Positions 12,402 to 26,026 are shown, counted from the first letter of the stretch. The stretch is DNA of 64,000 nt from Convolutriloba macropyga (GCF_964194025.1 NC_134477.1:29636001-29700000); one strand, 5' to 3'. Notes: a model not told the origin generated them from the letters alone. A program made the numbers and translations.

Positions 12402-15400
12402 ATGCCAACATTGCAGGACAAATTCAACAAAATTTATAGTGTGAGGGCAAAATTAGAGGCTGAACTTATTAACATCTATGGTGAAAATAACAATGCTGTA
12501 GATATGCAAGACAGGAAAGTTAAGATCGAATTTCTGATTGTGAACTGCAAAGATGCCTTTACTATAGTAATTGATAAGAATGAAGAGCTCTTTGATCCGG
12601 CACAAAAGACTGAAGATCCAGATGCTGCCAGTAAGAACCTTGAAAAATGGTTAGACCGTAACTAAGAAAACTGACAACTTCATGGCTGCTAGTCGAGGTT
12701 ACATCATTTCGGTTCCAGACAAAGAGACAATAGAGCAGTATACCTCTCACCTTTCAAGATCAGGTTCACACATGACTTCCTAAAAAAGATCAAGTCAGCG
12801 TCAACGAGACTTAGAAATACCAAGATTTAAAAAGGAGGAACTTGAGAATCAACATGAGGCAGAGCTGCGCATTGCTAGACAGCGTCTTGAAATTAAACAA
12901 CGAACGCAAATGCAAAAATTGGAAATACAGCAGCTTCAGCAAGAATATCGCAAGCAGATAGCTGCTGCAGCCCTTGAGAAAATTAAGTTGATTACAAAAC
13001 CAACATCAGACAGGTCTAGTACAGGCAAAACGATCGATCTTTTCGCTGAAAGAAGTTCATTCAAGAGCAAGGAACTTGTTCAAGATTGATTCTATTCGTC
13101 ACTGGCCGGGAACGTGACAGATTTTGCAAATGAACCGGGTTTGCACTTTTCTGATTCCATCGTCTAAATCAACCAAGCAATTGTCCCACGTCCATCTTCA
13201 AATCAACCCCTAAACTCACACTCTAATCTCAATACACACGGTCAAGTTGAGGCTAACATCAACCTCCCTGTCCATGAGCCGCAAGAACTAAGTAGTAGAA
13301 CACATGTATCCAATAATGCATATATTGCAAACAACATCATGCAAGAGCAGCAACAGCCTCAATATACGCCTCCATCACCACCAATTAACTTTGGTTTGCC
13401 AACTCAACTAAACATCCCAATCACAGCCCGACAACTGTCTCAAGGAACAACGCACTTCGATGGTTTACAGTTAGATCACCAATTCCCTCGCAGGTCGAGC
13501 ATGCCGGGAGAGCTGAATTTAGTCTGCCTCACCACCTTTGAATGCACTCGCTAATGCTCCGCCAGCTCCTAATCCGCCACAAGCACACATAAATGTACCT
13601 GCCCCCATCCCCTGTTTTAAACCCCGTACCACCGCATTTCCCGTTAATCCCACCAGCATTCCGTTTTGCTCCTTCGCCGCCACAAGCTCTCCCAATACAC
13701 GCCAAATAACCCCGTGCTGAATAACGTCAATACCCCTTTCTCCACATGCACATTTCTTTTCCTACGCAAACGTTTCTTTTACCACAACCAATTCATCCAC
13801 CGCCCCCACAAAAAAGGTGTCAACTCCAAAATTTTGTCACGATAACCCACGCAGCACGCCTCCAAATCCAAATGTCTGGCGTTTTCCGGCAGCAGTCACG
13901 TCTAATGCAACAACACTCGTAGGTACATCTGTTAATATAAACACCGAACAACCGGCCCCGTTAAGCAACCCTCAGGTCCCTACACTGCTCCGCACCTCTT
14001 TTCATGTACAAGCATTAGAAGGGTCCCAAAATTACGTAACATCAGACTTCATGCGACCGAATCCAGTTAGTTCTTCCACAGGTACCGCCCCCACTTAGGT
14101 TACTCCGATTATTCCGCCAACGTATGGAGCTACCGTTCTGAATCTGTTGTGTTGGGCTGGCCCACCGCATCCCACCTTTAGCACCCCCTTTGGACTCCGT
14201 GGATTTGATAAAGCAGTTGGCGGAAGCAATCACTTGTAAGAAGAACGATCCATTGGCCGAGTGGAAGTTGTCGCAGTACGATTTGATCCCCTGCAGTGGC
14301 ATGAAAAGTTCGGACAATTTAAAAGCGCCATAGTCTCACAGTTTTTGACTGATGATGTCAAGTTAACATACTTAAAAACCCTTATAACTGGAAAAGCTAA
14401 AACTGCCATCGCTGATTTCGCATACTGTGGTGTAATCTATAAGGATGGACTTAAGACATTTGAACGTAAATTTGGCCAACCCCAGGCATTAGTCAGTGGA
14501 CACTTAGACTAACTCAGCTCTTTTCCACCACAAAAAATGCACAAGAGTGATAACATCAAAAACTTTTCTCCAACAATTTCAAGTCTTGTTGGGGTCCTAA
14601 GTCACTTTCATATGACTCAGACCTTAAGAGCGCCTCACTTCTTAACACGGCGATGCAAAAGTTGCCGCCCAAACTGAAAGAGTCTTGGTCACCCTTTACA
14701 GTGAAGAAACATTGGGTTAAGCCAGCACTCATTGACTTCAACGATTGGTTGAAGGAGAAGGCCGAGGCACATGACTTAATGAAACAAACTTCATCAAATG
14801 CAAGAACTGAGGAAAACACCAACTCAGTAGTCAAGACCAAAGTTGCCCCAAGAGCTTTTGCTGCTAATACGCAAACTAAGGAGACTCAGAGACCAGCCTC
14901 AACATCGGCATCGCCTTGAATCCATTGCTGCATTTGTTGTAATCAACGCATCTGTGAGTGTCGGGCTTTTAGAGCAAAGGTAGTGGCCTAAGCAGAACTG
15001 TGCTTTTCATGTTTGAAAGGAAAATCATATATTCAGGCAATGCCCGCATCCTAGGAAATGCAGGAAGGACGGTTGCAACAGCTCGCACAAAACACCTCTT
15101 AATGGAGCCATCAAAATTCCCTTCAACCAAAAACAATAGTAATTCTAATACTGGCGCAAGTCAAAGTAAACCTTCTAGTGTCCAATCACCGAGTAAGACC
15201 ACTACTTTGTCATCTGTGAGTAATGTGAAAGGCTTCCTTCAGTTGACTGAACTACAGTTGACGAGCTCTTCTAGTAAAGATACCACCGCTTTAGTTTTGT
15301 GCGATACCGCTGGAGTAAGTAGGCACTTCAGGAAACATACCCGCACCTATCATTTCTAGACCCGGTTACATCTTGCTATTGAAACATCGAGATGATACTT

Positions 15401-18400
15401 GGACAGGATGTGTATCATGCCATCCGCCCGTTAGAAGTACTCGCCTTTCGCTGTTCACTAGCCTATAGGTTGGGTTCTAAGTGGCCCTTTACCGTCCTCT
15501 TCAGGTTTAGTCTCGATTTGTTTTTTAGCAAATATGGAGCGGGATTTTGAGCTCGCTGGTCAGGTAAAATCTTGGTACGACATGAAGTCGTAAGGCGCAC
15601 TTAAGTAAGTAGACCCACGATCCGCCGCGAATGCACGTTGGCTCGATATTCTTAAGAACACCACAGTGCATAATAGAAAAAGGTACGATGTCAGAGTGGT
15701 ATGTGCTGAAGATAACATCTAATTGCCCAGCAATTACTTCTAAGCGCTAGTTCAATTAAAATCATTTGAAAAGCGGCTTACGAAAGAACAGCTTTTAAGC
15801 AAAAAGTATTCGAATACCATCAAAGAGGCAACGTAGTAAGGGTCAACGATGCTCACAAGGTGGAAAGTCGAACGGAACGAGATTGGTACCTACCACACCA
15901 TCCTGTTGTTAACCCGAACAAGCTGGGCAAGGTTCGTAATGTTTGAAACGGAGCAGCTAAATTGCATGACGCATCTCTTAAAAAGTCGTTACTTGCCGGA
16001 CCTGACTTACTAAAAAACTTAATCTATGTACTCCTACGGTTCAGAGAACATCCATTTGCCGTATCCGCCGACATCTAGGGAATGTTCTTCCAAGTTGGAT
16101 AGTACCATGTGATCAGCCATCATTGCGCTTTTTTGTGACTGGAGGAGCCCACATCAAATGTTGTGGTACACCAGTATACACGCACATCTTTGGGGCAAAT
16201 GAATCGCCCACATGCGCCAAATATGCACTTCAGCGCACGGCAACTGATAATGCTAAGGAGTACCCAAAAGCTGTGAAAGCCGTCCTTGAGACCTTCTACA
16301 TGGACGATCACTTAGACACAGTGGAATCCCCCAAGAAGGCCCTCATTAGGTCGAAAGAATTGGTACATCTTCTCCATGTAAGCAATGTACCAGATCTGGC
16401 TAACCGAATCGATGGTTCTGTTCAATCAACTGAACCGAAAGTCATCGTTTCAACAAAGGGAATGAATGCACGTGCTTAGGCTTAAGTTGGATCAAAACAA
16501 CGATACTCTGGTTGTGAGCAGGTATACAAACCGCACCATCACAAAAAGCTTAACACAGCACTTGGTCTTAAGTCTTGTGTCAATGGTCTATGACCTCGTT
16601 GGTCTTGTCGCACCGTTTACTGTGGGCGCTCGGTTAATGTTGAAAGAAATTTGGCGTGTCAATGGACAAAGTTGAGATGACGAGTTACCTAAAGAAAGAA
16701 TTGACAGATTGCTTGCCTGGTGTGTCAAACTGCCACATTTAGCTGAGATCACTATACAAAGAAGTTACTTTTCAGGACCTTTCCAACATCTCGAACTCCA
16801 TATGTATCGTGATAGCTCTTAAGACCTAGAGTGCAGTAGGCTTTCTTAGGGCTCAGGTAACTTGAACATCCGGGGAGGTTACAAAAGAGCTGGCGCTGGT
16901 CTTGAGCAAGGCCCGTGTATCATCTATGAAGGTAATGACAGTTCCTAAGTTGGAATTACAAGCCGCTCTCCTCGCTGCCGTTTAAAAAGAGAAATCTGTC
17001 GAGCATTAACGGCTACTGTGGATATAGTATTTATGTGGACAGATAGCACCATTTTCTTGCAGTGGATAGACTCAACAAAGAAACACACCATCTTCATTGC
17101 AAGTCGTGTAAGTGAAAATCTGGAGAACACAAGCGTTGACCAATGGAACCGCGTCGATACTTGTGGTAATCCGGCAGACGCTGGCACGCGTGGTATGTCT
17201 GCTGACGTTTTGCTATTCAGTAGCTGCGTGAGGGGTCCTGAATTTTGAGAACTAAGCAATACCCTTTCGAACAAAATACTGACGTCGATGATAACATCAA
17301 ATTCGGCGTTGTAACCAAGGGACAAGATGATGACTGCATCTCATCTTTAACCGCTTCCGTGACCAAACCCCTAAAGGAACAAAGCATTAATCTTACCCCA
17401 TTTGATAGGTTTAGTTCATACCAAAAACTAATTCGTGTCACCGCATGTATGCTCGTTTTTAACCATCTCATGAGAGTTACCGCACCGTAGACGGCAGCAT
17501 GGCGGACCTTGTAGAGATTAATGAAACCGAGCGTCATCTCGAGTTTTTGGTTCAAAGAGAGTCCTTTAATATCGAAATAAAGGATCTTCTTGACGACAAT
17601 TCCGTTAAGAAGAGCAACCGCACTGCTCAGTTTACTCCGTTTATTGGGCCTCATGGTCTCATCCGTTCTTCTTGTCGACTTCGACGGCTAGTGGAAATTG
17701 ACTTTGACACTAAGCATCCTATCGTGCTGGATGCGCGTCATACTTTTGTTAAACTGTTCCTGCGGCATACTGCTTTGAAGAACCATCATCAAGACATCGA
17801 TTAATTACGGTCAAAGGTACAGGAACGTTATGCCATCCTTAAACTACGTTCCACACTGCGTTCCATCAAATGAAACTGCCTCTTGTGCAGAAAGTTCCGT
17901 GCAGCTACCATTCAACCGCTCATCGCAGACCTCCCAAAGGAGAGACCCGCATACCAGTCTCTCCCCTATACGAACACCGGGGTTGTTTACTTCGGTCTAT
18001 TCTACGTCAACGTTCTTCGGACTCACGAGAAGAAGTCGTTCCGTCCATGGACACTAGTTTCTGTGTAATGGGAGTGGAACGGTTCGCCCCCCGTCGGGGT
18101 ACGCCCACCATGATTTGGTCAGATAATGGTACGAACTTTATCGGAACGGAGAAAGAGTTCCGTGAAAATATCGAAAAAGGGAAAACGATTAAAATCGCCG
18201 CCGAACTTGCACATAAGGGCATTAAGTGGAGGTTCAATCCCCCAGTGCGCTGCACCAAGGGGGAATCTGGGAGAGGTTGGTCCGTAGTTTTAAGAGCGTA
18301 CTGTACACCATCCTCGGTACACGCCGCCTCAGAGATGAGGTGTTGAACACTACTTTATGTCTCGTTGAACACGCACTAAACGCACGTCCATTAACGCCCG

Positions 18401-18828
18401 TAGGCGCTGTCCCGTCCAATCTAGACGCAATAACACCTTGTTATTTTCTAATTTGTAACAAAGCAATCAATCGGAACTCCGTCCATCGTTGGCGTCGACG
18501 AATTTGATCATCGTAGGCGGTACGACCGTGCACAGTCCTACGCCAATGCAATTTGGGCACGTTGGCATAACGAGTATGTACCTGCGCTGAACCGTAAATC
18601 TAAGTGGTAGAAACCTGCTGAGCAGCACCTCAAGGTCGGTGATTTAGTTTGGATCATTGAGGAAAGCAACCCTAGGTGTTACTATCGAACTGCTTGGATT
18701 GAAGAGCTCCGGCACGGCTCCGACAGTGTCGCGCGCTCCGGCATCGTAAGCACGTCGTCCGGATCGCTCGTCCGCCCACTCATTAAGCTTGTACTGATCC
18801 TCCCAACATTTCCTTCCGGGCCGGATAA
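12402..18828 (+). pseudogene. gag-pol: BEL/Pao gag-pol polyprotein pseudogene (many stops and frameshifts)
   Basis: Gag DUF1759-like KLTYLKTLITGKAKTAI (~14360); Cys/His knuckle LCFSCL..RKCRKDGCNSSH (~15000-15090); protease ALVLCDTA (~15290); RT WYLPHHPVVNPNK (~15885) and FYMDD (~16295); integrase IWSDNGTNF (~18112) and GGIWERLVRS (~18260). Confidence 0.93.
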
Positions 18829-19212
18829 TGTTACCGCGTAATTGAGCAATGCGCTGTTTAAATAAAGCAGCGAAAAAATTATTACGCTATTCCTAACCAC
18901 GCAAGTCTCATATGCGTTCTAATAAACGTAGAAGGGTTGGAAAATGTTGGTTTCACATAATTTTCGTTGAGCCTACTAATAAACTAAATCGATTGCGCTA
19001 TTTCTAGGCTTAACTTGTTTATGTTTCGAAAACGTATCGGTGACCGATCTGAGTCGAAAATCGGCTCAGACAAAACACCTGCTAGCAAATACAGGTATAT
19101 TTGCCCAGCCCTTATGTTGTGTTTTTTGCCTTGTTGTTAAGTAGAACAGTTCACCTAATCATAGCTTACTCATCGAATAAAACAATGTTCCGATAGAATG
19201 TTTTCAGCTATA
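18829..19212 (+). mobile_element. 3' LTR of BEL/Pao element 1
   Basis: Starts TGTTACCGCG right after the end of pol, contains AATAAA (~19176), ends CAGCTATA, is followed by TTGCC (19213-19217) and is homologous to 9229-9607(-). Confidence 0.9.
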
Positions 19213-21790
19213 TTGCCAATTTGGGGTTGCTATCTGCTTTGCTTGATTCTCAAATAAGAGATTACCTGTGTTAATACATCTTTCGGAAAAATGTGTAAAT
19301 TTGACCAAATAATGCTTTTTGTTTTAGTGGACCTCAGCTAGATAAAAAACTATGATAGAATGATTGTGAGGGTTTTCGGAGTATACTTGCGCGGACCGTA
19401 GAACCACTTGGCCACGAATGCTAAACCGGTTGTTGTTGCAACGTTGGTTTTGCCCACTGAGGTTTTGCAGTGAAAAAACTTGGTATAGGTACTGGCTTTT
19501 TCTGAATTAGCAACCTTGTTAAAAACATCACCGATGCTGTTCATTTTTTAAATATACTTTTACAACAAGAGAACAACGCCTTATCTTTCCTCTTTTGCAA
19601 TTTGGGCAACAAACTTATTTCGAAGACAAAAGCTCCTTTCTTGTCCGGCATTTCTTTTCGCAAACACAAACCATACCAGGAAATGCGAATCTTCAATGAG
19701 TAGTTTCTTTGGATTCTGACAAGATAGCGTTGACGGTGGCCTAAAAGACCCCTTAAGTTCACGAAGCCAAGTGTCATTCTCAATATAGTGTTCAACAAGA
19801 GTTTGCTGATGCCAAAAAATGACCTCATGTCCAAAGATCCCCTAAAAAGAGCAACTGCATTTCGCCGTACTGTTTACTGGACCTATCAAAGTTTACTGGA
19901 CCTATCAATCTAGCTCACTCCCCAAGAATATGTGATACCGCTACTGAAATATTGAACTGAGAAGCATCACCATCAGCAGCTCACATAAATCCGCACATTT
20001 CTACGTAGAGCTACTCTATGCACTAATCAATCTCTTTTTTATTGCAAATCCTTTATAGGATTTGCTTTATTTGTAGAGCCTTCCGTGCTGCAACTATCGA
20101 TCCAATCAAGACTGACCTACGAAAAAAGATACGTGTAAGCAAACATCCGCCATTCCAAAAAACTGGAGTTTTTCATCATAATCCTGTCAAATTTTTGTGT
20201 TCATATTAAAACCGATTTGAGCTATGAAACGACTGTCCTCGACAATTTTTTGGCGTTTTTTCTGGACTTTAACTGATGTCCTCCACTATGGCTGGAACTA
20301 AAACGACCGTCCACTATTTTGGCTAGACATTAAAATCGTGTCCTGGAATTTGGCTGGATCGATTTCAATTGTTGTGGAAAATGAATGGACAATTAGCAAT
20401 TTCGTCGACTTTAGATTCTGCCGGTGCTTTGAGCTGACATCATATAAATATGCGTGTTCCCGTGTCGAAGTGTCATCGCTGAGTTTGAAACGACTCATAA
20501 AAAAGATTAGCCTCGATTGTAACTAGGGTCCTCGACAATGAAATTTAATTCAATATTTAACCCCACATCAAATTATTAGGTCTTTTCATAATTTCCATGT
20601 CTAAACTGCAGTATTAACATTGTTTGAGATGAAAACTAACTCCGTGGATCAATTCATGAATTGAATACAACTCCGATAACAACCCAACTGTAACAGAAAG
20701 AACATCAACTTACCCAGAGCTCTTTTTTATGTTCACAACTTCAAGAGGATCGCGCCCAGTTTTAATGTACAGCATCATTGTTACACCTTTGGGCAATTAC
20801 TACTGGTTTTGAGCTTTGAAAAACATGCAAGAAAGTTGCGTAAACTAAAGTTTTTCTTAGTATGAAAGAGTCTGCTCATCGTACATGCAAAACCTCTACG
20901 CAACTTTTTGCTAGTTTTTCATGGTCACGTCTGATCAGATTTGTGTCAAGTGCCATGTGCCAGAAGCCTTCTGGGCATCACTCAAAGACTGGTTACTTGG
21001 CTTGAGATGCTATAATCTGCTGTGACAACACCCTAGTTCAGACCTGGAATTATGAAAAGACCGTCCCCGACCGAATTGAGCTATGAAAAGACTGTCCTCG
21101 ACAGATTTTTCAAAAGAAAAGAATTTGTCTGGACTTTAACTGATGTCCTCGACTTTGGTTGGAACTGAAACAGCCGTCCTCGATTTTGGCTAGACATTAA
21201 AAACGTATCTGTATATTTGGCTGGACAAAAAAACTGTGTCCTGGAATTTGGCTGGATCGATTTCAATTGTTCTGGAAAATGAATGGACATTGAGCAATTT
21301 CGTCGACCTTAGATTCTGCCGTTGCTGTGAGCTGACTTCATATAAAAAAGCGTGCTCCGGGTCGAGGTGTCATCGCTGAATTTGGAACGACTCATGAAAA
21401 AGATTAGCCTCGACTGTAATTTAATTAACATTGTTGGCAATGAAAACGAACTCCGTGGGTCAATTCATAAATTGAACACAACTCCGATAACAACCCAAAT
21501 GTAACAAGTAGAACATCAACTTACCAAGTGCTCATTATTACGTTCGCAACTTCAAAAAGATTGCGTAAAATTTTAATGTACACAATCATTGTTGCACATT
21601 TGAGTAATTATTACTGGTTTTGAGCTTTTTACTTAGTATGAAAGATTCCGATCATCGTATATGCAAATCATCTCCGCAATCTTATGCTAGTGCATTATGG
21701 TCACGACTGATTAAATGTTTTGTACCAAGTGCCATGTGCCAGAAGCCTTCTGTGAATCACTCGAAAAATGGTGACTTGGCTTGAGATGTT
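19213..21790 (-). repeat. Further copies of repeat X with an internal ~0.8 kb tandem duplication (20215-21010 / 21075-21790)
   Basis: Reverse-complement match to 9650-11120; GAGCTATGAAA at 20219 and 21078; CAAGTGCCATGTGCCAGAAGCCTTCTG at ~20947 and ~21726. Confidence 0.85.
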
Positions 21791-21799
21791 GATGAATCC

Positions 21800-22240
21800 A
21801 ATCGTAGAGGTCACTACCCAACTGACTGGATCAGAGAACTTAGGTACCAATAAGAGAACGTCTTACGTTGCACGGCCGTCTACATTTTTGCTCTTTTGCG
21901 TATTTGTAGAACTCGAGCCTGTTTAGTCGACATCTACGGTGTACGCGCGGAGGACCATACTTACCAAAATCAATACACTTACTTCTCCCCTTCTTCCTCT
22001 CGTCATACTGGAACTGAATCTAAATCTTAGATCTCTATCTGAGTTTTTTTAGTGCTCAGATGAATCTCAGTGATACTCGTGACTGTTTTTGAGGAAAGGC
22101 TTAACCTTAAAAACGTTAATTTCTTCCTGTGCTGATACCAATTTCCGAAGTGATACTCCTTCAAAGTGTTGCAAAACAGGATTTGGGTTCGAGTATTAAT
22201 ACTTTTAATTCCCTTGCCTCCCCCCAGTGTATTTCATGCC
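21800..22240 (-). pseudogene. Possible degenerate protein kinase fragment
   Basis: Across frameshifts the - strand reads ARELKVL.., VLQHFEGVSLRKLV, RDL (22036-22028), KCIDFG (IDFG 21974-21963) and YAKEQ, in kinase subdomain order (III, V, VIb, VII, VIII). There are several stops. Confidence 0.35.
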
Positions 22241-24060
22241 CTCCACAATGCACGTCTGCCCTAGTAGAATGAAATTGCTGGCTAAACAAGGGGGACAAAA
22301 GGAGTCCAAAACTTTGAATTACATTTTACCATTAGGATATAATTTATAAAGGGCACATGAAGTGATAGGTAACCAAATTTAAAAGTTTCTCAGTCCTGCC
22401 CGAAAGCTTGAAATTAACTAAAACTTTTGCATGAAATGAGCATGTGGACTGAAGAAAAGAATAATTTTCAGCTAATGAGTGTTAAAATTTTCCACTCAAT
22501 TTACTGTTTTTTTTTCAACTATCTTATTTTCAACACCTTAAGCACACATTTATGTAAGCTCTTTTTCAACTGGAAAAATTTATTTTTTTATTGGAGTTTT
22601 CTAGCGCAACTCAGTGCCGGTCTAGCATATTTTATTCACTGGTCGCTCCAAAACGTTTTCACTTTTTCCCTTTCTTTTTTTGCAAATGCGGGACTTTATG
22701 AGAAATTTTTAGTGCTTCTGTCGTACACAATGAGATTTATGTGCTTTATTTGGAGACTCAAATTAGCTTTCTCTTTCAGACAGGGATCTTGCTTTGCGCC
22801 TATGCTTAGTGGAATATTGCTTGATTACTTGCTCAGCAAATCGACCTACAAAATCCGGTCTGCTTTAACTTGTGATTGAAAACAGTGGCAAAATTAAGTA
22901 TTGAATTGGGTAACTGCACTAGAGAAGCAAAACAAAGAGAATGATATTAGCATAAACTAAGATTCATGAACTAATAATAGTTCACAATGCGAGAATTTGA
23001 ACACTATACATGCATACGAAAACATATTGACTGATGAAGGGTACTGATGAGCTAAACTTGACTCTTAAAATAAGACCTCCAGATAAAGTAAGCACATTGT
23101 ATTGAATTTCACAGCACTAGATAAGGAATATAAGATATATTGTATGACAAATCCCTCTTTTTGACAGTAATTAAATTGCGCAAATTGCAATTTTTTAACG
23201 ATATTGACAACATATTCTGTTTTAAGTAAAATTGATGTTGATGTTGTGAGTTAAATAAATGATCTGGTCACTAAGCTGGGTGGGGGGTTTGTTCCAATGA
23301 ACCGCCGTAGTCAAACTCCGACTCTTGTCTTGCAAGCTCGTGCATGATTCCTGCAAATGCAAATGACGCTTATATTGCAAGGTGCAAGATCCAGACGCTT
23401 ATCTAGCAAGAATCTGACAAGTTCTTGCAACATAGGCGTTCTTGCAAAATTTTATACAAACATCTGAAATTTTAAGGACTGGCTCAATCAAAGATTTTTT
23501 CTATTATGGAATCAGCCCGTTTATTGAAGCTCTCAAATCTATCAATAAATTTTCATATCAACTTTACTGTCAATAACGTATTTGAAAAATTATTTTAAAA
23601 AAGTCGTCAGTGATCGTTTCAATGGTTATTTCATTCTACACCAAGTTTGAATAATTTATTAAGCTCTAAAAAGTCAAATAAAAGCCTCCAATGCCTCGTA
23701 GCTTATAATATATAATATTTCATTTGAGGTCATCCTCATTATGTGAGACGTTTCTGTGATCCCGTTTATTTTCAATCAAATTTAGGTAACAAGAACCCCA
23801 AAAGCTAATGGTCAGTAGGTAGTCAGTTGAGAGGGACAAAACTCATAGCACTCAGAAATACTGCCACCTATGGCATGTCAGAACTCCAAAATCTAAAAAC
23901 TAGGAAGTCAAAAGACTTGCCAGATATATCCCGCAAATTTTGATTACAATTTTGCTTCTACTCGAATCCAGAACACCATTTGCTCAAAGATCTGTGCTCA
24001 AAGACATTCGCGCTCCTCTTTTTTCATCAATTTTCATTTAAGAGCCACAAAAATTTAGCC

Positions 24061-24263
24061 ATGAACGGAAAAAAAGACATGAACTCAGCGTTAGGCCTCA
24101 GATTGACAGGATTGTGTTTGGTTCTGGCTATTTTGTCCCCAGCCAGAGGTGTATGTCCGAGGGGGGCTGTTGAGGTAACAGGTGTACCCGACAAGTGTTT
24201 CTCTTTGAGTGCTCCAACTGACACGCTTTCATTTGACGATGCAAGGAAGCAGTGCATCAAATA
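24061..24263 (+). CDS. Exon 1 of a putative secreted C-type lectin domain (CTLD) protein: signal peptide plus N-terminal part of the CTLD
   Basis: GCC-ATG at 24061. MNGKKDMNSALGLRLTGLCLVLAILSPARG is signal-peptide-like and is followed by VCPRG..DKCFSL..LSFDDARKQC, the long-form CTLD N-terminus. The apparent TAG stop overlaps a canonical TA|GTAAGT phase-2 donor at 24264. Confidence 0.8.
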
Positions 24264-24280
24264 GTAAGTACACACTGATT

Positions 24281-26010
24281 TGGGATCTTTTCCGTGTGTG
24301 CCCCCCCCCCAGTACGCTTTGCGCCCCCCAGTTACAGAGCACGTGCCACTACATAGTAAACCATTTTGTAAAAATATGACACGTGCGTCTGAGGGGGGGG
24401 GGGGTCCAAATAATATGGATAAAATCTCTGATTCGGATGTACAGATATTTGTGGATTTTGGATCCCATGATTTATAGCGGTCTACATCTTTATAGCCCCC
24501 TCAGCTTAGAGGTAATTTTTTTCTGACCTGTAGCCCTCCCACCATAATGGTAACTACACCACAATGGGGGCTATAATATAGGGGAGGGTGGGGGGGCTTT
24601 AATGGGAAAGACCCCCGATCTTAATTCTCTTCACTAATTTTCGATTTTTGAAGAGTTGTCTAAACTGGAATAAAGAAACTGAAAACTTCAGATCTTTGTT
24701 CCCATTATCGCCCCCCCCCCCCCCCGTAATGGGGAAGGGGAAGGAATTTATGGTCTTTACCAGTATAGCCCACCCCCCCCCCCCCCCCCCCCCCCAGCTT
24801 ATTGGTCAGAAAACATATAGCCCCCCCCATCATGGTAATTTTACCATAATGGGGGGCTATAATTTCATGGAGGACTTTAATGGGAAAGACCCGGAATTTA
24901 TGTACATTTAAAAAACATATCAAACAATTGACCTTAAGTTCATACAAAATTATTAAAAAACGACCTCGTGGCACAAAACCTGCTTGAGTGGTGGAATTCA
25001 ACAAAAAAACAAAATTTTACTAGTTGGCGCCTGATCAATTGGCTGTCACAAAAATAGGGAAAGCAGCGAAATAAAAGAAAACTTAGATGAGTTCAATAAT
25101 AGTTACGTACCGTTCCGGGACTGTTGTTAAGGTCAGTAGTTCTTGACGTTTCTCGGAGAGCGAAAAATGAAAAGAGACATTCGAATAAATGTTTAACGGG
25201 ATTTTTTCCATTTGTGCGCCCCCCCCGTACGTTATGCTCCCCTCAGTTACCAAGCACGTGCCATAACATAGTAAATCACTATGTGAAAGTATGGCACGTC
25301 GTCTTCAAAAAATATGGGGTTTTTCCCATTATAGTCCCCAATGAAATTATAGCCCCCCAATTATGGTATAATTATGGGGGGCTATAGGGGGGGGGGGGGG
25401 GCTATAGGTTATCTGACCACTAAGCTGGGGGCTACAATGGGAAAGGCCCAAAATATGCACCCACTAAGCTGGGGGAGGGGGGCGCAAACGGAAAAGATTC
25501 CTTTCCCGTTTTCTCCTAGCCCCCCCCCCCCCCCCAGGATATAATTACATTGATTGGGGGCTTTATTTATATGAAAACTAAACTGAGGGCCATAATTGGA
25601 AGGTCCCAAACAAAAAACAGAGTTGAGTCATGAGACTATCTACCTGTCTCGCACAGGTTGCACTGAGAATGCATTTGCTTGAACGCATTTTAATTTTTCC
25701 ATCTTTAATCATATGAAGAAGCTAGTTGTCAACTATTGATGAATCCATTTTTAAGGTAAACTTGTCTGATTCACCTTATTTTGTATCTTGTAAAATGGGG
25801 CTACAAGTAATATACTAACTTTTCACCTCTGAATTCGTATCTTTTCCGTTTGTGCTCCCCTAATCCCCAAAACATTATACACCCCCCAGTTACGGAACAC
25901 GTGACATTACACAGTAAGTCATTATGTAAAAATGTGATCCCTGTGTCGAGGGGATACAAATAATAAGCATCCACTAAGCTGGGGGGGGGGCACAAACGCA
26001 AAAGATCCCT
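24281..26010. mobile_element. Cluster of nested MITEs from two families with long G/C homopolymer subtermini
   Basis: Family A has TIRs GGGATCTTTTCCGTTTGTGC / GCACAAACG(G/C)AAAAGATCCC (copies at ~24282, 25198-25501, 25836-26009). Family B has TIRs GGGTCTTTCCCATTATAGCCCC / GGGGCTATAATGGGAAAGACCC (ends at ~24615 and ~24892, a copy nested at ~25316-25450, and another end at 53494). Confidence 0.75.
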
Positions 26011-26026
26011 AAATTCAATACAAAAA

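Larger units (their letters stand above)
11208..18828 (+). mobile_element. BEL/Pao LTR retrotransposon 1, internal region (degenerate)
   Basis: Domain order gag-protease-RT-RNaseH-integrase with Pao-type motifs; the region ends at CCTTCCGGGCCGGATAA immediately before the TGT start of the LTR. Confidence 0.93.

Noticed and set aside
22427-22879. 150 aa hydrophobic ORF
   Set aside because: The F/L-rich composition follows from T-rich DNA; non-ATG start and no motif.
23030-23060. CTGATGA motifs (also ~31628, 33343, 35059) as hammerhead ribozyme cores
   Set aside because: No correctly placed stem II plus GAAA and no cleavage-site helix found.
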